NCBI GenBank assembly: GCA_963847625.1
Contig: CAWKAR010000040.1
Coordinates: 32,898-96,897, forward strand
DNA length: 64,000 nt
Origin: a candidate division FCPU426 bacterium
GTDB taxonomy: Bacteria; Oederibacteriota; Muellerivitia; Muellerivitales; Muellerivitaceae
Direction of reading: 5' to 3'
Position numbers and translations under genes: made by a program. Below are positions 49,181 through 59,903 of the stretch, in pieces. The notes beneath the pieces were generated by a model. It had not been told where the DNA came from, made no database searches, and worked only from the letters and a program-made list of their open reading frames with translations. Position 1 is the stretch's first letter, and the number at the start of each line of letters is the position of its first letter.

Positions 49181-49587
49181 AGTTTGTTTTTCTCCTGCAG
49201 CGATAGTTTTTTCACCCGGGTCAAGAAATCCCTGATTTCTCCGACTCCCTGTTCGATATCCCCCTCCTTCAGCGTGATGACCGACATCCGTCCTTTCCCC
49301 AATCCGATTTCTTCCAGCAGCGATTCAACGGCTTTGGACCTTTTTTGCGCCCGCAGGTTCCCTTCCAGGTGCCGGCACTCGTTATTCGGGCATGTCACGA
49401 TCACCGCGCCGTCCGCGCCGGTTTCAAAGGCCTTCATCAGATAGGGGATGTCTATCTTGCCGGAACAGGGCAGGCTTATCACCCGGACATCGACTCCGTC
49501 CCTATGACTTATCTCTTTGACCAACTGATCCGGCTCGATGCTGTTTGAGCAGGAAAAAACATAAATATTTGTATTTCGATCATTCAT
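49177..49587 (-). CDS. mvhD: Second MvhD-type subunit
   Basis: LPCSGK, GADG..IVTC...CRHLEGN. Likely start MNDRN at 49587. Confidence 0.85.
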   Translation of the reverse strand: MNDRNTNIYVFSCSNSIEPDQLVKEISHRDGVDVRVISLPCSGKIDIPYLMKAFETGADGAVIVTCPNNECRHLEGNLRAQKRSKAVESLLEEIGLGKGRMSVITLKEGDIEQGVGEIRDFLTRVKKLSLQEKNKL

Positions 49588-49592
49588 AGGAA

Positions 49593-49949
49593 TCATACCG
49601 CCGAGGGAACGGCGTCGGGTTTCTTCAATAACTCGATGAAGCGGGTGACGGCCGGGTTCCCCGGCGCCCCGCGGCGGCGGAGGATGGCCAGCGAGAGCCC
49701 CTTCACCCGCACCTCGAGGGACTCGTATCGGCGAAGAATATCCCGGCATCCGTGATAAAAAAATTCGCCCTCGGAAGTCAGCCGCCAGGGCCGACAACTG
49801 CGGTCGATGAGAGGGAGCCCCAACCTTTCCTCCGGGGCCTGGACCGTCTGGCTGGCCGCGGGCTGGCTGACGCTGTGAGCCTGGGCACTGTCGGAGAAAC
49901 TGCGAAACCGGATGATGCCGCAGAAGAGTTTTAGGGCTTCGATATGCAC
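49593..49949 (-). pseudogene. LysR-family regulator with the effector domain internally deleted
   Basis: HTH (SFS.SA....VSQPAASQ....EE.LG..LIDR...LT.EG) joins directly to a LysR C-terminal tail (LAILRR...PAVTRFIELL). Only 118 aa. Confidence 0.7.
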
Positions 49950-50050
49950 GTGAAATTTTAGTGAATTAAAACAGCTTATGTCAATTGATTAAACATAAGC
50001 GCGGCTTATGTAATGCAGCACAGGAAGCCTTCATCCGGTACTCTAAGAAC

Positions 50051-50190
50051 TTATTCGTACCGCAGGGCTTCGATGGGAAGTACAAGGAGGGAAACTTTCC
50101 GGGCCGGCTAAAAACCGAACAAGATGCCGACCTTGGCGGAAAACAGAAAGGTCATGACAACCAAGGCCGGCGCCACGACGCTACCCAACC
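50051..50190 (-). pseudogene. 3' relic of a MacB/FtsX-type ABC permease
   Basis: Hand translation: ...TFLFSAKVGILFGF*PARKVSLLVLPIEALRYE*, with an internal TAG. Confidence 0.7.
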
Positions 50191-50310
50191 GGCTTTTATA
50201 GCGAAACGATAACCGGGGATAGCCATAAAATGCTTTCGAATCCCCCTGTCCCTGGGCCCAAAAGCTAATCCATTGAATCAACCATTAACGTCCCTCGAAA
50301 ACAACCCAAA

Positions 50311-50349
50311 ATAAAAACGCCCCTTCCCCCAAAAGGGGAAAGGGGCGTC
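50311..50349 (-). terminator. Probable intrinsic terminator
   Basis: Minus strand ACGCCCCTTTCCCC-ttttg-GGGGAAGGGGCGT followed by a T-rich tract, downstream of the zinc-ribbon gene. Confidence 0.7.
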
Positions 50350-50394
50350 AAGGCTAAAAGGGTAACCCTGTGCCGGAGAAGCCGGGGTCCTGCG

Positions 50395-50664
50395 TCAGAT
50401 TTTCACAGCTTCCCAACGCTCAAGCGTGTAGACCTTATTCGCCATCAGTTTGGCCAGGAAACGGGGGAATTTCATCCCAATCATACGGAGCCGCACTTTT
50501 TCATGCATCATTTCCGCCGTCATCTTGGGGTCGGTAAAGGCCCCCATCTGGAAGCAGTTGCGGCAGTAAGAGTTGGAGGAACCGCCGTTCCTTTCGGTCC
50601 CTTTTTCCAATTCGCTCAGGACCGGAGCGGCGCAGCTTTGACAAACAGTTTTTACAAACTTCAT
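50395..50664 (-). CDS. Putative zinc-ribbon domain protein
   Basis: CQSC..P, GTE.NG....YC..CF..G.FT.P, L.RW. ATG at 50664 overlaps the upstream stop. Confidence 0.8.
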   Translation of the reverse strand: MKFVKTVCQSCAAPVLSELEKGTERNGGSSNSYCRNCFQMGAFTDPKMTAEMMHEKVRLRMIGMKFPRFLAKLMANKVYTLERWEAVKI

Positions 50665-51017
50665 GAGACTACCGTTTTTTCCACGACGGCTTCGGTGCCC
50701 TCCACCGGCAAACCCGCCTTGTGCCATTCCCGCAGGCCGCCCGAGTAATTCAGCGCCTTTAGCCCGTGGTCCTCAAGGGCCTTCGTCGCGAAAAAACTGT
50801 CCAACTTGCCAAAACGTTCGCCGTAGAGGATAAAGGACTTCGCTTTCCCGTATTTTCCTGCCACTTCCTTGGAAAAATCCTCCAGGTCCTCCGTCAAGGG
50901 GTGGCTTTCCGATCCCTTGATGTGGAGCTTCTTGAATTCGCCCTTGGGGAGGATGTTGAGAACGACCACCTGGTCTTTTGTCAGGCTTACCAGCAGTTCT
51001 TCCTTATCGATCTTCAT
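50661..51017 (-). CDS. Rhodanese-like protein (active-site Cys apparently replaced)
   Basis: VVLNILP..F...HIKGS, YSGGLREW..AGLPVE. Has ILYG where the paralogue has IMYC. Confidence 0.8.
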   Translation of the reverse strand: MKIDKEELLVSLTKDQVVVLNILPKGEFKKLHIKGSESHPLTEDLEDFSKEVAGKYGKAKSFILYGERFGKLDSFFATKALEDHGLKALNYSGGLREWHKAGLPVEGTEAVVEKTVVS

Positions 51018-51462
51018 GACGGGACTTCCTTTCAGGACATAACCGGTGGGCGAGAAAACTCTAAGGATTCGGAGGGCTCGTGCCGAATAGGTCGACATAA
51101 CTATAGGCCTAATCGGTGAAATAAAGGGATAAATCGGATGAATAAAGCTTGCCCTATTGCGTGTTGCAAAGCAACTCGGCGGCGGCGGGGTTGGATTTGA
51201 AGGAATTTTTTACTTCCGAGTTACCCGAAAATCTCTTGAAGGCAAGGAGGGAAACATAAAGTGGATGGACATTCTGCCGGGCCAGGTGGAGGACCATCCT
51301 GTTCAAACCCGGGCAGAATATCCAGGAATTAAAGCTATGATTGTCTGAGAAACAGCCCGGGTCAAAAGTTATTGCTTTCCCTGACCTATCCAAGGACGCC
51401 GACTTCCCCGTGGTAAGGAAAGGCTATTTAGAAAAGGCCGTTTCGTCAAATCTTCAGCGTTA

Positions 51463-51738
51463 TTATCCTAGAACGGCTTCCTTCAGGACTTTCACCACGC
51501 GGAACTTGACAACCTTCTTGGCCGGGACATTGACCATCTTGCCGGTGCGGGGATTGCGGGCGATGCGGGCCTTGCGGTCTTTGAGTTGGAATACACCCAG
51601 GCCATCCAGTTTGATTCGCTGTTCCTTTTTCAAGGTTTTATAAATCAAATTGCGAAGGGCCTGCATCACGCTATCAACTTCTTTCTTCTTAAGACCGGTG
51701 TCATTAGCAAGTGCCGCCAGCATTTCACTCTTGGTCAT
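51463..51738 (-). CDS. HU family DNA-binding protein
   Basis: MTKSEM, GLGVF, RKARIARNPRTG, VPAKKVVKFR. GAGG RBS. Confidence 0.93.
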   Translation of the reverse strand: MTKSEMLAALANDTGLKKKEVDSVMQALRNLIYKTLKKEQRIKLDGLGVFQLKDRKARIARNPRTGKMVNVPAKKVVKFRVVKVLKEAVLG

Positions 51739-51940
51739 ACCTCTTCCTCCTGGAGATAAAGTCCAACCTGCAAGTATTAATCCAAAATATCGCATATATT
51801 ACAAGGGATTTCTTTAGTGTCCCAATGGATTCGCCTGCGGACCTCCCCCCAAGATTTATTCCACTTCAAAACCGGTTGAACCGCGACATTTCAGCTAACG
51901 CCTACACTGGACTCCGCGTGGGCTTATTTGTAATGAAGGG

Positions 51941-54900
51941 TCACCTTATAAAGATGATTCTCTTGACTTTCCGGTCGAAAGGCTCGGTCAGGTAGAAGAT
52001 GTATACCCCGCTCGCGACCGTGTCCCCGTATTTGTTGGTCCCGTCCCAATAAAAGGTGATCTGGGAAGTCGCCGTCAGGTACCGGCTTCCCAAGGTCTTG
52101 ATGTGCTCCCCCGCCGAGTTGTACACGGTCAATTCCAGGCTCCCCGGGTATTGGCTTGTCCCCACCGTGATGGATACCGTCTCCCCTCCCTGGAACACAT
52201 TCTTGGTGACCGTGAATATGTCCGTTTCCGGCGTCCAGGTCGGTCCCGGTGTATCCGTGGAGGATGGTGTCAAGGTCACCGTCGGGCTGAAGAGAGGCGT
52301 CGCCGTGGGCGTGGCCGTCGCCGTCGGGGTCTTCGTCTTCGTGGAAGTGGAGGTGGGTGTGACCGTCCGGGTGGATGTGGGGGTGTAAGTGCGCGTCGGA
52401 GTCCGGGTCCATGTCGGCGTCCGTGTGACTGTCGGCGTATTCGTCTGGGTCCTTGTGTAGGTGATGGTAGGGGTCCTGGTTACTGTCGAGGTTAAAGTGG
52501 CGGTGGGAGTGTTTGTGACCGTAGGGGTGGCGGTCGGCGTGGAGGTCAAGGTTGGCGTTTTGGTAATCGTGTGTGTACTAGTCACCGTGGAGGTGTTCGT
52601 CGGAGTGTAAGTATCCGTCACCGTTGGGGTGTTGGTGGGTGTGTTAGTCACCGTCGGAGTGAACGTTTGAGTCCGTGTGTTGGTCACAGTAAACGTGCAC
52701 GTCGGCGTGTAAGTATTCGTCACCGTCGGGGTGCTGGTGGGCGTGTTGGTAATGGTGGGGGTACTCGTCTGGGTCTTCGTATTGGTAACCGTGAATGTGG
52801 TGGTCACAGTGAACGTATTGGTCGGGGTGTAGGTATTTGTCACTGTCGGGGTGCTGGTGGGCGTGTTGGTAATAGTAGGCGTGTTTGTCTGGGTCTTCGT
52901 ATTGGTAACCGTGAATGTGTTAGTCACAGTGAACGTGTTGGTCGGGGTGTAGGTACTCGTCACCGTCGGGGTGTTGGTGAATGTATTGGTGATGGTGGGT
53001 GTGTTTGTCTGGGTCTTCGTGTTGGTAACCGTAAAGGTGTTGGTCACAGTGAACGTATTGGTCGGGGTGTAGGTATTTGTCACTGTCGGGGTGTTGGTGG
53101 GCGTGTTGGTAATGGTGGGAGTGTTCGTCTGGGTCTTCGTATTGGTAACCGTGAATGTGTTAGTCACCGTGAACGTGTTGGTCGGGGTGTAGGTATTCGT
53201 CACCGTCGGGGTGCTGGTGGGCGTGTTGGTAATAGTAGGCGTGTTTGTCTGGGTCTTCGTATCGGTAATAGTGAACGTGTTGGTCACAGTGAACGTGTTG
53301 GTCGGGGTGTAGGTATTCGTTACCGTCGGGGTGTTGGTGGGCGTGTTGATAATAGTAGGCGTGTTTGTCTGGGTCTTCGTATCGGTAATAGTGAACGTGT
53401 TGGTCACAGTGAACGTGTTTGTCGGTGTGTAAGTAATCGTTACCGTCGGGGTGTTGGTGGGCGTGTTGGTAATGGTGGGAGTGTTTGTTTGGGTCCACGT
53501 GTTGGTGATGGTAAATGTGTTTGTAATCGTGGATGTGTTTGTCGGCGTGTAAGTATTCGTTACCGTCGAGGTGTTGGTAGGCGTGTTGGTAATGGTGGGA
53601 GTGTTCGTCTGGGTCTTCGTATCGGTAATAGTGAACGTGTTGGTCACAGTGAACGTGTTTGTCGGTGTGTAAGTAATCGTCACCGTCAGGGTGTTGGTGG
53701 GTGTGTTGGTGATGGTAGGAGTGTTCGTCTGGGTCTTCGTATTGGTGATCGTAAATGTGTTTGTAATCGTGGGCGTATTCGTCGGTGTGTAGGTTATTGT
53801 CACCGTTGGAGTGTTGGTGGGCGTGTTGGTGATGGTGGGAGTGTTCGTCTGGGTCCGCGTGTCGGTCACCGTGAATGTGTTGGTCACTGTGAACGTGTTC
53901 GTGGGTGTGTAGGTTATCGTCACTGTCGGGGTGTTGCTAGGCGTGTTGGTAATGGTGCGTGTGTACGTTATGGTTAGGGTGTTGGTCACTGTAGGCGTGT
54001 TGGTCACTGTGCGCGTGTTCGTCGGTGTGTAAGTAATCGTCACCGTCGGGGTGTTGCTAGGCGTGTTGGTAATGGTGGGAGTGTTCGTCTGGGTCCGCGT
54101 GTCGGTCACCGTGAATGTGTTGGTCACTGTGAACGTGTTCGTGGGCGTGTAGGTTATCGTCACTGTCGGGGTGTTGCTAGGCGTGTTGGTAATGGTGGGT
54201 GTGTACGTCAGGGTCGGGGACAGCGTCAATGTGTTCGTGGGCGTCAACGTAGGCTGAATCGTCGCGGTGTTCGTCGGGGTCACGGACGGGGACAAGGTCA
54301 AGGTGTTTGTGGGCGTCAAGGTGGGCTGCACCGTAGCGGTATTCGTCGGGGTCACGGATGGGGACAAGGTCAATGTGTTCGTGGGCGTTAAGGTAGGTTG
54401 GATCGTCGCGGTGTTCGTCGGCGTCACGGACGGGGACAAGGTCAAGGTGTTTGTGGGCGTCAAGGTTGGCTGCACCGTCGCCGTGTTCGTCGGCGTCACG
54501 GACGGGGACAAGGTCAAGGTGTTCGTGGGCGTTAAGGTAGGCATTACCGTCGCCGTGTTCGTCGGCGTCACGGACGGGGACAAGGTCAAGGTGTTCGTGG
54601 GCGTCAACGTAGGCATTACCGTCACCGTGTTCGTCGGCGTTACGGTCGGGGTCACCGTCAAGGTGTTCGTGGGCGTTAAGGTAGGCATTACCGTCACCGT
54701 GTTCGTCGGCGTTACGGTCGGGGTCACCGTCAAGGTGTTTGTGGGCGTTAAGGTAGGCTGAATCGTCGCCGTATTCGTGGGAGTCGTCGTCGGGGTCACC
54801 GTCAAGGTGTTTGTGGGCGTCAACGTAGGCTGAACCGTGGCGGTATTCGTCGGCGTTAGGGTCGGGGTCACCGTCGAGGTGTTTGTGGGCGTCAAGGTAG

Positions 54901-57900
54901 GCTGGACCGTCGCAGTATTCGTAGGGGTTGGCGTGGGTGTATTCGTCAGCGTGTTGGTGGGGGTCAGCGAGGGGCTTGTGGTTGGGGTGTTCGTTGGCGT
55001 GGCGGTGGGTGTGCGCGTGGGGGTGTTGGTCGGCGTGAGTGTGGGCTGGCTTGTTCCGGTCGGGCTGAGGGTCGGCGTGGGGGTGTTCGTCAGCGTGTTC
55101 GTTAGAGTAGGCGTGGGACTTGTGGTAGGCGTGGGAGTCAGGGTGGCAGTGGGTGTGCGCGTGGGGGTGTTGGTCGGCGTGAGCGTGGGCTGGCTTGTTC
55201 CGGTCGGGCTGAGGGTCGGCGTTGGAGTGTTCGTCAGCGTGTCCGTTAGGGTCGGTGTGGGACTTGTGGTAGGCGTGGGAGTCAGGGTGGGAGTGGGTGT
55301 GCGGGTCGGCGTGTTCGTTGGGGTGGGCGTGGGTGTAATGGTAGGCGTGGGAGTCGGGGTGGGAGTGGGCGTGCGCGTAGGGGTGTTGGTGGGGGTGTTC
55401 GTAGGCGATGTGGTCCCGGTCTGACTTGGAGTCGGTGAGGGTGTGTTCGTTGGCGTGTTCGTTGGCGTTGGCGTGGGGGTGATTGTAGGTGTGGGGGTTG
55501 GAGTATTTGTAGGCGTCCTTGTCGGCGTGTTGGTCGGAGTAGGGGTGGGAGTCGTTGTAGGGGTGGGCGTGGGGGTGTTGGTCGGCGTCCTTGTCGGCGT
55601 ATTCGTCGGGGTGGGCGTGGGGGTCGTTGTCGGGGTAGGCGTGGGTGTATTTATGAATGTGTTCGTTGGCGTATTAGTAGGCGTAGGAGTGGGCGTTGTC
55701 GTTGGGGTGGGCGTTGGCGTGGGGGTCGGCGTCCTTGTCGGCGTGTTCGTCGGGGTGGGCGTAGGGGTGATCGTCGGAGTCGGCGTAGGCGTGGGTGTGT
55801 TTGTGCGCGTGGGGGTGTTGGTGGGGGTGTTCGTAGGCGATGTCGTTCCGGTCGGGCTGGGGGTCGGCGAGTAAGTGTTCGTCGGTGTGTTCGTCGGCGT
55901 AGGCGTGGGAGTGATAGTGGGTGTGGGGGTCGGGGTAGGGGTAGGCGTCCTCGTGGGGGTATTCGTCGGGGTGGGCGTGGGTGTGGTCGTCGGTGTGGGG
56001 GTCGGGGTTCGGGTCGGCGTATTGGTGGGCGTATTCGTGGGAGTCGGTGTGGGCGTTGTCGTGGGAGTGGGCGTCGGGGTGGGGGTGGGTGTCCTCGTTG
56101 GCGTGTTCGTGGGAGTCGGCGTGGGCGTTGTCGTGGGCGTGGGGGTCGGGGTTCGGGTTGGGGTATTGGTGGGCGTATTGGTGGGTGTCGGAGTAGGCGA
56201 TGTCGTGGGCGTGGGTGTTGGGGTAGGAGTCGGCGTCCTCGTTGGCGTGTTTGTGGGGGTCGGAGTCGGCGTTGTCGTGGGCGTGGGGGTCGGGGTTCGG
56301 GTCGGTGTATTCGTGGGCGTATTCGTGGGGGTCGGAGTAGGCGATGTCGTGGGCGTGGGTGTTGGGGTGGGAGTCGGCGTCCTCGTCGGCGTGTTTGTGG
56401 GGGTCGGAGTCGGCGTTGTCGTGGGAGTGGGCGTCGGGGTTCGGGTCGGGGTATTTGTGGGCGTATTGGTGGGGGTTGGAGTGGGCGTGATCGTAGGCGT
56501 TGGAGTCGGAGTTCGGGTCGGTGTATTCGTGGGCGTATTCGTGGGGGTCGGGGTGGGGGTGACCGTGGGAGTATTCGTCGGGGTGGGAGTCGGCGTCCTA
56601 GTCGGCGTGTTCGTGGGCGTGGGTGTTGGGGAGAGCGTGGGAGTGTTGGTGGGTGTGGGAGTGGGTGTACGGGTGGGCGTGTTGGTGGGCGTGGGCGTAG
56701 GTGTAACAGTCGGGGTGTTCGTCGGAGTGGGGGTGTTCGTCCTGGTCGGCGTGTTGGTCGGCGTGGGAGTGTTCGTCCTGGTCGGTGTGTTCGTTGGGGT
56801 AAAAGTATAGGTGTAGGTAAATGTAGGGGTGGCCTGCGTGCATGGCCGGCCCACTGTCACAATACCGGAATTTTTAGTGCCGCCGGAATAAGCCACGCTG
56901 GCTTGATTGGTGATCGTTTGGCACGCGTTCCCCTCCCAGTAATAATCTTCCATGCTGGCCATAAGGGTGACGCAGGAGGCCCCGGGAAAGTTCCCCCAGG
57001 TCGCGGGGCTTCCGCCGCTGGCCGCGGGAACCGGCCAGCTGGCTTGCGGTTGGTAATCGATGGAAACACTGGACCACGCCGGAATAAGCCAGCCGATGAA
57101 GGCAAAAGCCGTCCCGCCGGATTGAGTATCGGTCAGCGTCACGCCGCCGGTTGTCACGGGCCCCCCGGTGTTGCAAACCACCACCTGAAAAGTCACGAAC
57201 ATGTCGTTGCCGGTATTCGTAACTGGATTCCCTGCGACAAGGGATTTCGTAATTGTCATCGTCGCCGGGCCGACCGTCGGCGAGGGGGGCGGGATGGTGG
57301 TGGCCTGGGAGAAGAAAAGAGCCCCGCCACAATTGCCCGTGCTATAGGCCCCCGTGCTGTCCGAGGACATAAAGGGGACTAACGTACCCGTTACCGGATT
57401 GTAAATTTGCTGGCCCCAACAGCAATAGCCGCTTGAGGTACTGACCTGCACGGGATTGGCCCAGCCGGTGTTGCTGAAGTTGGTCGCGTACCAGTTGGTG
57501 GCGGGGGGAGTCGTGGGGTTCCCCGCGCTGATATAGTCCATCTTGATGCCGCCGCTCCCGCTGGTGATTTCGGAATGATCCCCGCCGGAACAGGTGATGT
57601 CCAGGTCCCAGGAAGCATAAACGTTATTGCACGCGGTGTTTTGGGTGTACAAGCTGACATAAACTTGGCTGCCGGTTAAAAGGGACGTGGGAACGGTAAT
57701 GCAACCCGGCGGACAGGTGCCGGCGCCGTCCCAGTTGCAATAAGCAACTTGGCCCAGGTAAACACCCCCCACATAAACCTGGGACCAGTCATCACTGGCT
57801 ACACAGATTCTGGCCGAAGTCGGGGTGCATTGGGCGAAACCCTTATTGGGTATTAATATTCCAATGCTTCCCGCTGTAAAAGCAACCAGTGCAACAAAAA

Positions 57901-57955
57901 CCTTGAAATATCGCTTATATATTTTTTCTTTAGAAATTTTTTGTTGAAAACTCAC
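51941..57955 (-). CDS. Giant secreted Thr/Pro-rich repeat protein B (2004 aa), paralogue of 8996-15517
   Basis: Same architecture, signal ending GFA-Q, and a C-terminal domain nearly identical to protein A. Confidence 0.88.
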   Translation of the reverse strand: MSFQQKISKEKIYKRYFKVFVALVAFTAGSIGILIPNKGFAQCTPTSARICVASDDWSQVYVGGVYLGQVAYCNWDGAGTCPPGCITVPTSLLTGSQVYVSLYTQNTACNNVYASWDLDITCSGGDHSEITSGSGGIKMDYISAGNPTTPPATNWYATNFSNTGWANPVQVSTSSGYCCWGQQIYNPVTGTLVPFMSSDSTGAYSTGNCGGALFFSQATTIPPPSPTVGPATMTITKSLVAGNPVTNTGNDMFVTFQVVVCNTGGPVTTGGVTLTDTQSGGTAFAFIGWLIPAWSSVSIDYQPQASWPVPAASGGSPATWGNFPGASCVTLMASMEDYYWEGNACQTITNQASVAYSGGTKNSGIVTVGRPCTQATPTFTYTYTFTPTNTPTRTNTPTPTNTPTRTNTPTPTNTPTVTPTPTPTNTPTRTPTPTPTNTPTLSPTPTPTNTPTRTPTPTPTNTPTVTPTPTPTNTPTNTPTRTPTPTPTITPTPTPTNTPTNTPTRTPTPTPTTTPTPTPTNTPTRTPTPTPTPTPTTSPTPTPTNTPTNTPTRTPTPTPTTTPTPTPTNTPTRTPTPTPTPTPTTSPTPTPTNTPTNTPTRTPTPTPTTTPTPTPTNTPTRTPTPTPTPTPTTTPTPTPTNTPTNTPTRTPTPTPTTTPTPTPTNTPTRTPTPTPTPTPTITPTPTPTNTPTNTYSPTPSPTGTTSPTNTPTNTPTRTNTPTPTPTPTITPTPTPTNTPTRTPTPTPTPTPTTTPTPTPTNTPTNTFINTPTPTPTTTPTPTPTNTPTRTPTNTPTPTPTTTPTPTPTNTPTRTPTNTPTPTPTITPTPTPTNTPTNTPSPTPSQTGTTSPTNTPTNTPTRTPTPTPTPTPTITPTPTPTNTPTRTPTPTLTPTPTTSPTPTLTDTLTNTPTPTLSPTGTSQPTLTPTNTPTRTPTATLTPTPTTSPTPTLTNTLTNTPTPTLSPTGTSQPTLTPTNTPTRTPTATPTNTPTTSPSLTPTNTLTNTPTPTPTNTATVQPTLTPTNTSTVTPTLTPTNTATVQPTLTPTNTLTVTPTTTPTNTATIQPTLTPTNTLTVTPTVTPTNTVTVMPTLTPTNTLTVTPTVTPTNTVTVMPTLTPTNTLTLSPSVTPTNTATVMPTLTPTNTLTLSPSVTPTNTATVQPTLTPTNTLTLSPSVTPTNTATIQPTLTPTNTLTLSPSVTPTNTATVQPTLTPTNTLTLSPSVTPTNTATIQPTLTPTNTLTLSPTLTYTPTITNTPSNTPTVTITYTPTNTFTVTNTFTVTDTRTQTNTPTITNTPSNTPTVTITYTPTNTRTVTNTPTVTNTLTITYTRTITNTPSNTPTVTITYTPTNTFTVTNTFTVTDTRTQTNTPTITNTPTNTPTVTITYTPTNTPTITNTFTITNTKTQTNTPTITNTPTNTLTVTITYTPTNTFTVTNTFTITDTKTQTNTPTITNTPTNTSTVTNTYTPTNTSTITNTFTITNTWTQTNTPTITNTPTNTPTVTITYTPTNTFTVTNTFTITDTKTQTNTPTIINTPTNTPTVTNTYTPTNTFTVTNTFTITDTKTQTNTPTITNTPTSTPTVTNTYTPTNTFTVTNTFTVTNTKTQTNTPTITNTPTNTPTVTNTYTPTNTFTVTNTFTVTNTKTQTNTPTITNTFTNTPTVTSTYTPTNTFTVTNTFTVTNTKTQTNTPTITNTPTSTPTVTNTYTPTNTFTVTTTFTVTNTKTQTSTPTITNTPTSTPTVTNTYTPTCTFTVTNTRTQTFTPTVTNTPTNTPTVTDTYTPTNTSTVTSTHTITKTPTLTSTPTATPTVTNTPTATLTSTVTRTPTITYTRTQTNTPTVTRTPTWTRTPTRTYTPTSTRTVTPTSTSTKTKTPTATATPTATPLFSPTVTLTPSSTDTPGPTWTPETDIFTVTKNVFQGGETVSITVGTSQYPGSLELTVYNSAGEHIKTLGSRYLTATSQITFYWDGTNKYGDTVASGVYIFYLTEPFDRKVKRIIFIR
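52680..56830 (-). repeat. Intragenic tandem repeat zones of protein B
   Basis: Same 120-bp, 72-bp and short Thr-Pro units as A, with different copy numbers. Limits are approximate. Confidence 0.88.
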
Positions 57956-58315
57956 TGAATTTAGCTCTCTTTTCGCCTTTGGGGTCGCCCAAAGATCGTT
58001 TTCATTGCCGGTTAGCTTATTTAGATTGTATCGCTCTTCTCCATTAATTTTCCATTTCAGTTGTGGTTTTTCCTGAAGCCTAATGGGGTAAAAAACTCAT
58101 CCTGAAACCGGTTTTCATCCCAAAATATTCCGGAAAAAGCCCTTCCAAAAAAGCATTTCCATTATGAACATTCCTATTCATTGGATATCTCTTAGGTTGG
58201 AGTTGGGTCGTTTACCTAAATCATTAATGAACAAGAACTCGCGGCTTTATCACCAACAGTGATCCTACCCGGTTCTTGTTCTTGCGCCACAAAGTGGTTA
58301 GGAGGGTTTGCCCTA

Positions 58316-58428
58316 GTAGATACCCACGGGCATAGCCCGTGGTACTAAAATCAAAATTCAAGCAAATTACGCTTGCCGTGCCTTTGGCACAGTGGCCATT
58401 CACCCACGGGCATAGCCCGTGGAACTCA
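58316..58428. mobile_element. Non-autonomous palindromic element (REP doublet / IS200-IS605 PATE-like), copy 1
   Basis: ACCCACGGGCATAGCCCGTGG occurs at 58322 and 58402, preceded by GTAGAT. Homologous to 62049-62155. Confidence 0.7.
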
Positions 58429-58505
58429 AAACGGCTGGATTAGAATGCTTGCAATGCTTTAAGGGCGTCGATTTTCTAAATGAATAAACTCGGAAATCGC
58501 TTTTT

Positions 58506-58778
58506 TTAAAAAGCGCCGAAAAAAACGATTATCATTCCAGTAATCAACAATCCATCTGCTATTTCACTATTCCAACCCGGCTTTGACCGGGAGTGGGCCA
58601 ACTTAATGACATAAATATTCCACCCCAATGACAGGGACAAAACCGCGCAACCGATCATGAGGACCGGAGAAAATCGGAGTAGGCCGAATTGGGAAAGTGA
58701 GAAAAGAGCGATAAAAAGCGTCAGGATGATCCCCACGGACCATTGGCGCCAATGGATGGCCGACTCGAGGTTATTCAT
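58506..58778 (-). CDS. Small hypothetical membrane protein
   Basis: 90-aa ORF with three hydrophobic segments. Confidence 0.5.
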   Translation of the reverse strand: MNNLESAIHWRQWSVGIILTLFIALFSLSQFGLLRFSPVLMIGCAVLSLSLGWNIYVIKLAHSRSKPGWNSEIADGLLITGMIIVFFGAF

Positions 58779-58935
58779 GCGGGAATTATGGCTTTAAAAG
58801 GGTATCTTTCCAAGCTTTTTAACTTTTTTACGTTCCTGACCGGACTGTAATATTTTTTTAGTTTTGAAACCATAAAAATTAAAACCGTTCTGAATGCTTT
58901 GATGGCGGAACAGAAACACCTTCCGGAGGTGATAT

Positions 58936-59886
58936 ATGCAAACACGCAGATTGGGCGATTCGGATATGAACATCACGCCGATCGGAGTGGGCGCCTGGGC
59001 CATCGGCGGCCCGGAGGGCGACTGGAATTGGGGTCCCCAGGACGACCGGGATTCCGTCAACGCCATCCGTCGCGCGCTGGATCTGGGGATGAACTGGATC
59101 GACACGGCCCCAGCTTATGGCCAGGGACATTCCGAGGAAGTGGTGGGGTTAGCCCTGAAGGGTTTGTCCCAAAAACCCTATGTCTTCACCAAGTGTTCCC
59201 TTGTTTGGGGTGAAAACCACAGCGGCAGGAACTGCCTCAAGGCCTGGTCCGTCCGGCGAGAATGCGAGGAAAGTTTGGGCCGGCTGGGCCTGGAAGCGGT
59301 GGACCTCGTGCAGATCCACTGGCCCAACCCCGACCCCGACCTCGAGGAGGGCTGGGGCGAACTGGCCAAGCTGAAAAAAGAAGGCAAGGTGCGCTGGATA
59401 GGCGTTTCCAATTTCTCGCCCTCCCAAATGCGCCGCTGCCAGTCTATCGTGCCGGTCACTTCCCTCCAGCCGCCTTATTCGGCTTTACGCGCGGATATTG
59501 AAAAGGAAATACTTCCCTTTTGCCGGGAGAACAACATCGGGATTATCGTGTACTCCCCTATGCAGTCCGGGCTTTTAAGCGGCCGCATGACCCGGAAACG
59601 TCTTCAAAACCTGCCTCTGGGGGACTGGCGCCGGCGCAGTGATCATTTCCAGGAGCCCCTGCTCACTCGCGGCCTAGCCCTGCAGGACCTCCTGGGCAAA
59701 ATCGCCGGCTTACACAGCTTCAGCGCGGGCGTGGCGGCTCTGGCCTGGGTGCTTCGAAGACCCGAAGTGACCGGCGCCATCGTGGGATTGCGGTATCCGG
59801 ATCAGGTGGACGGAATTATCGCGGCTGGGGATTTCCGCCTCTCGCCCAGTGAACTGGCGCAAATCGACCGTTTCCTTTCCAGTTGA
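58936..59886 (+). CDS. Aldo/keto reductase
   Basis: IGVGAWAIGG, WIDTAPAYG.GHSE, DLVQIHWP, IGVSNF, YSPMQSGLL. GGAGG RBS. Confidence 0.94.
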   Translation: MQTRRLGDSDMNITPIGVGAWAIGGPEGDWNWGPQDDRDSVNAIRRALDLGMNWIDTAPAYGQGHSEEVVGLALKGLSQKPYVFTKCSLVWGENHSGRNCLKAWSVRRECEESLGRLGLEAVDLVQIHWPNPDPDLEEGWGELAKLKKEGKVRWIGVSNFSPSQMRRCQSIVPVTSLQPPYSALRADIEKEILPFCRENNIGIIVYSPMQSGLLSGRMTRKRLQNLPLGDWRRRSDHFQEPLLTRGLALQDLLGKIAGLHSFSAGVAALAWVLRRPEVTGAIVGLRYPDQVDGIIAAGDFRLSPSELAQIDRFLSS

Positions 59887-59903
59887 CGGTTTTTGGAAGC
59901 TAT

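Noticed and set aside
36347..49587. Selenocysteine recoding in HdrA or MvhD
   Set aside because: The ORFs are uninterrupted and the relevant positions are Cys codons.
58260..58315. c-di-GMP-I riboswitch upstream of protein B (GGGCAAAC...GGCGCAA on the minus strand)
   Set aside because: The intervening bases do not form the P2 stem with a GNRA loop, and no P3 consensus is present.
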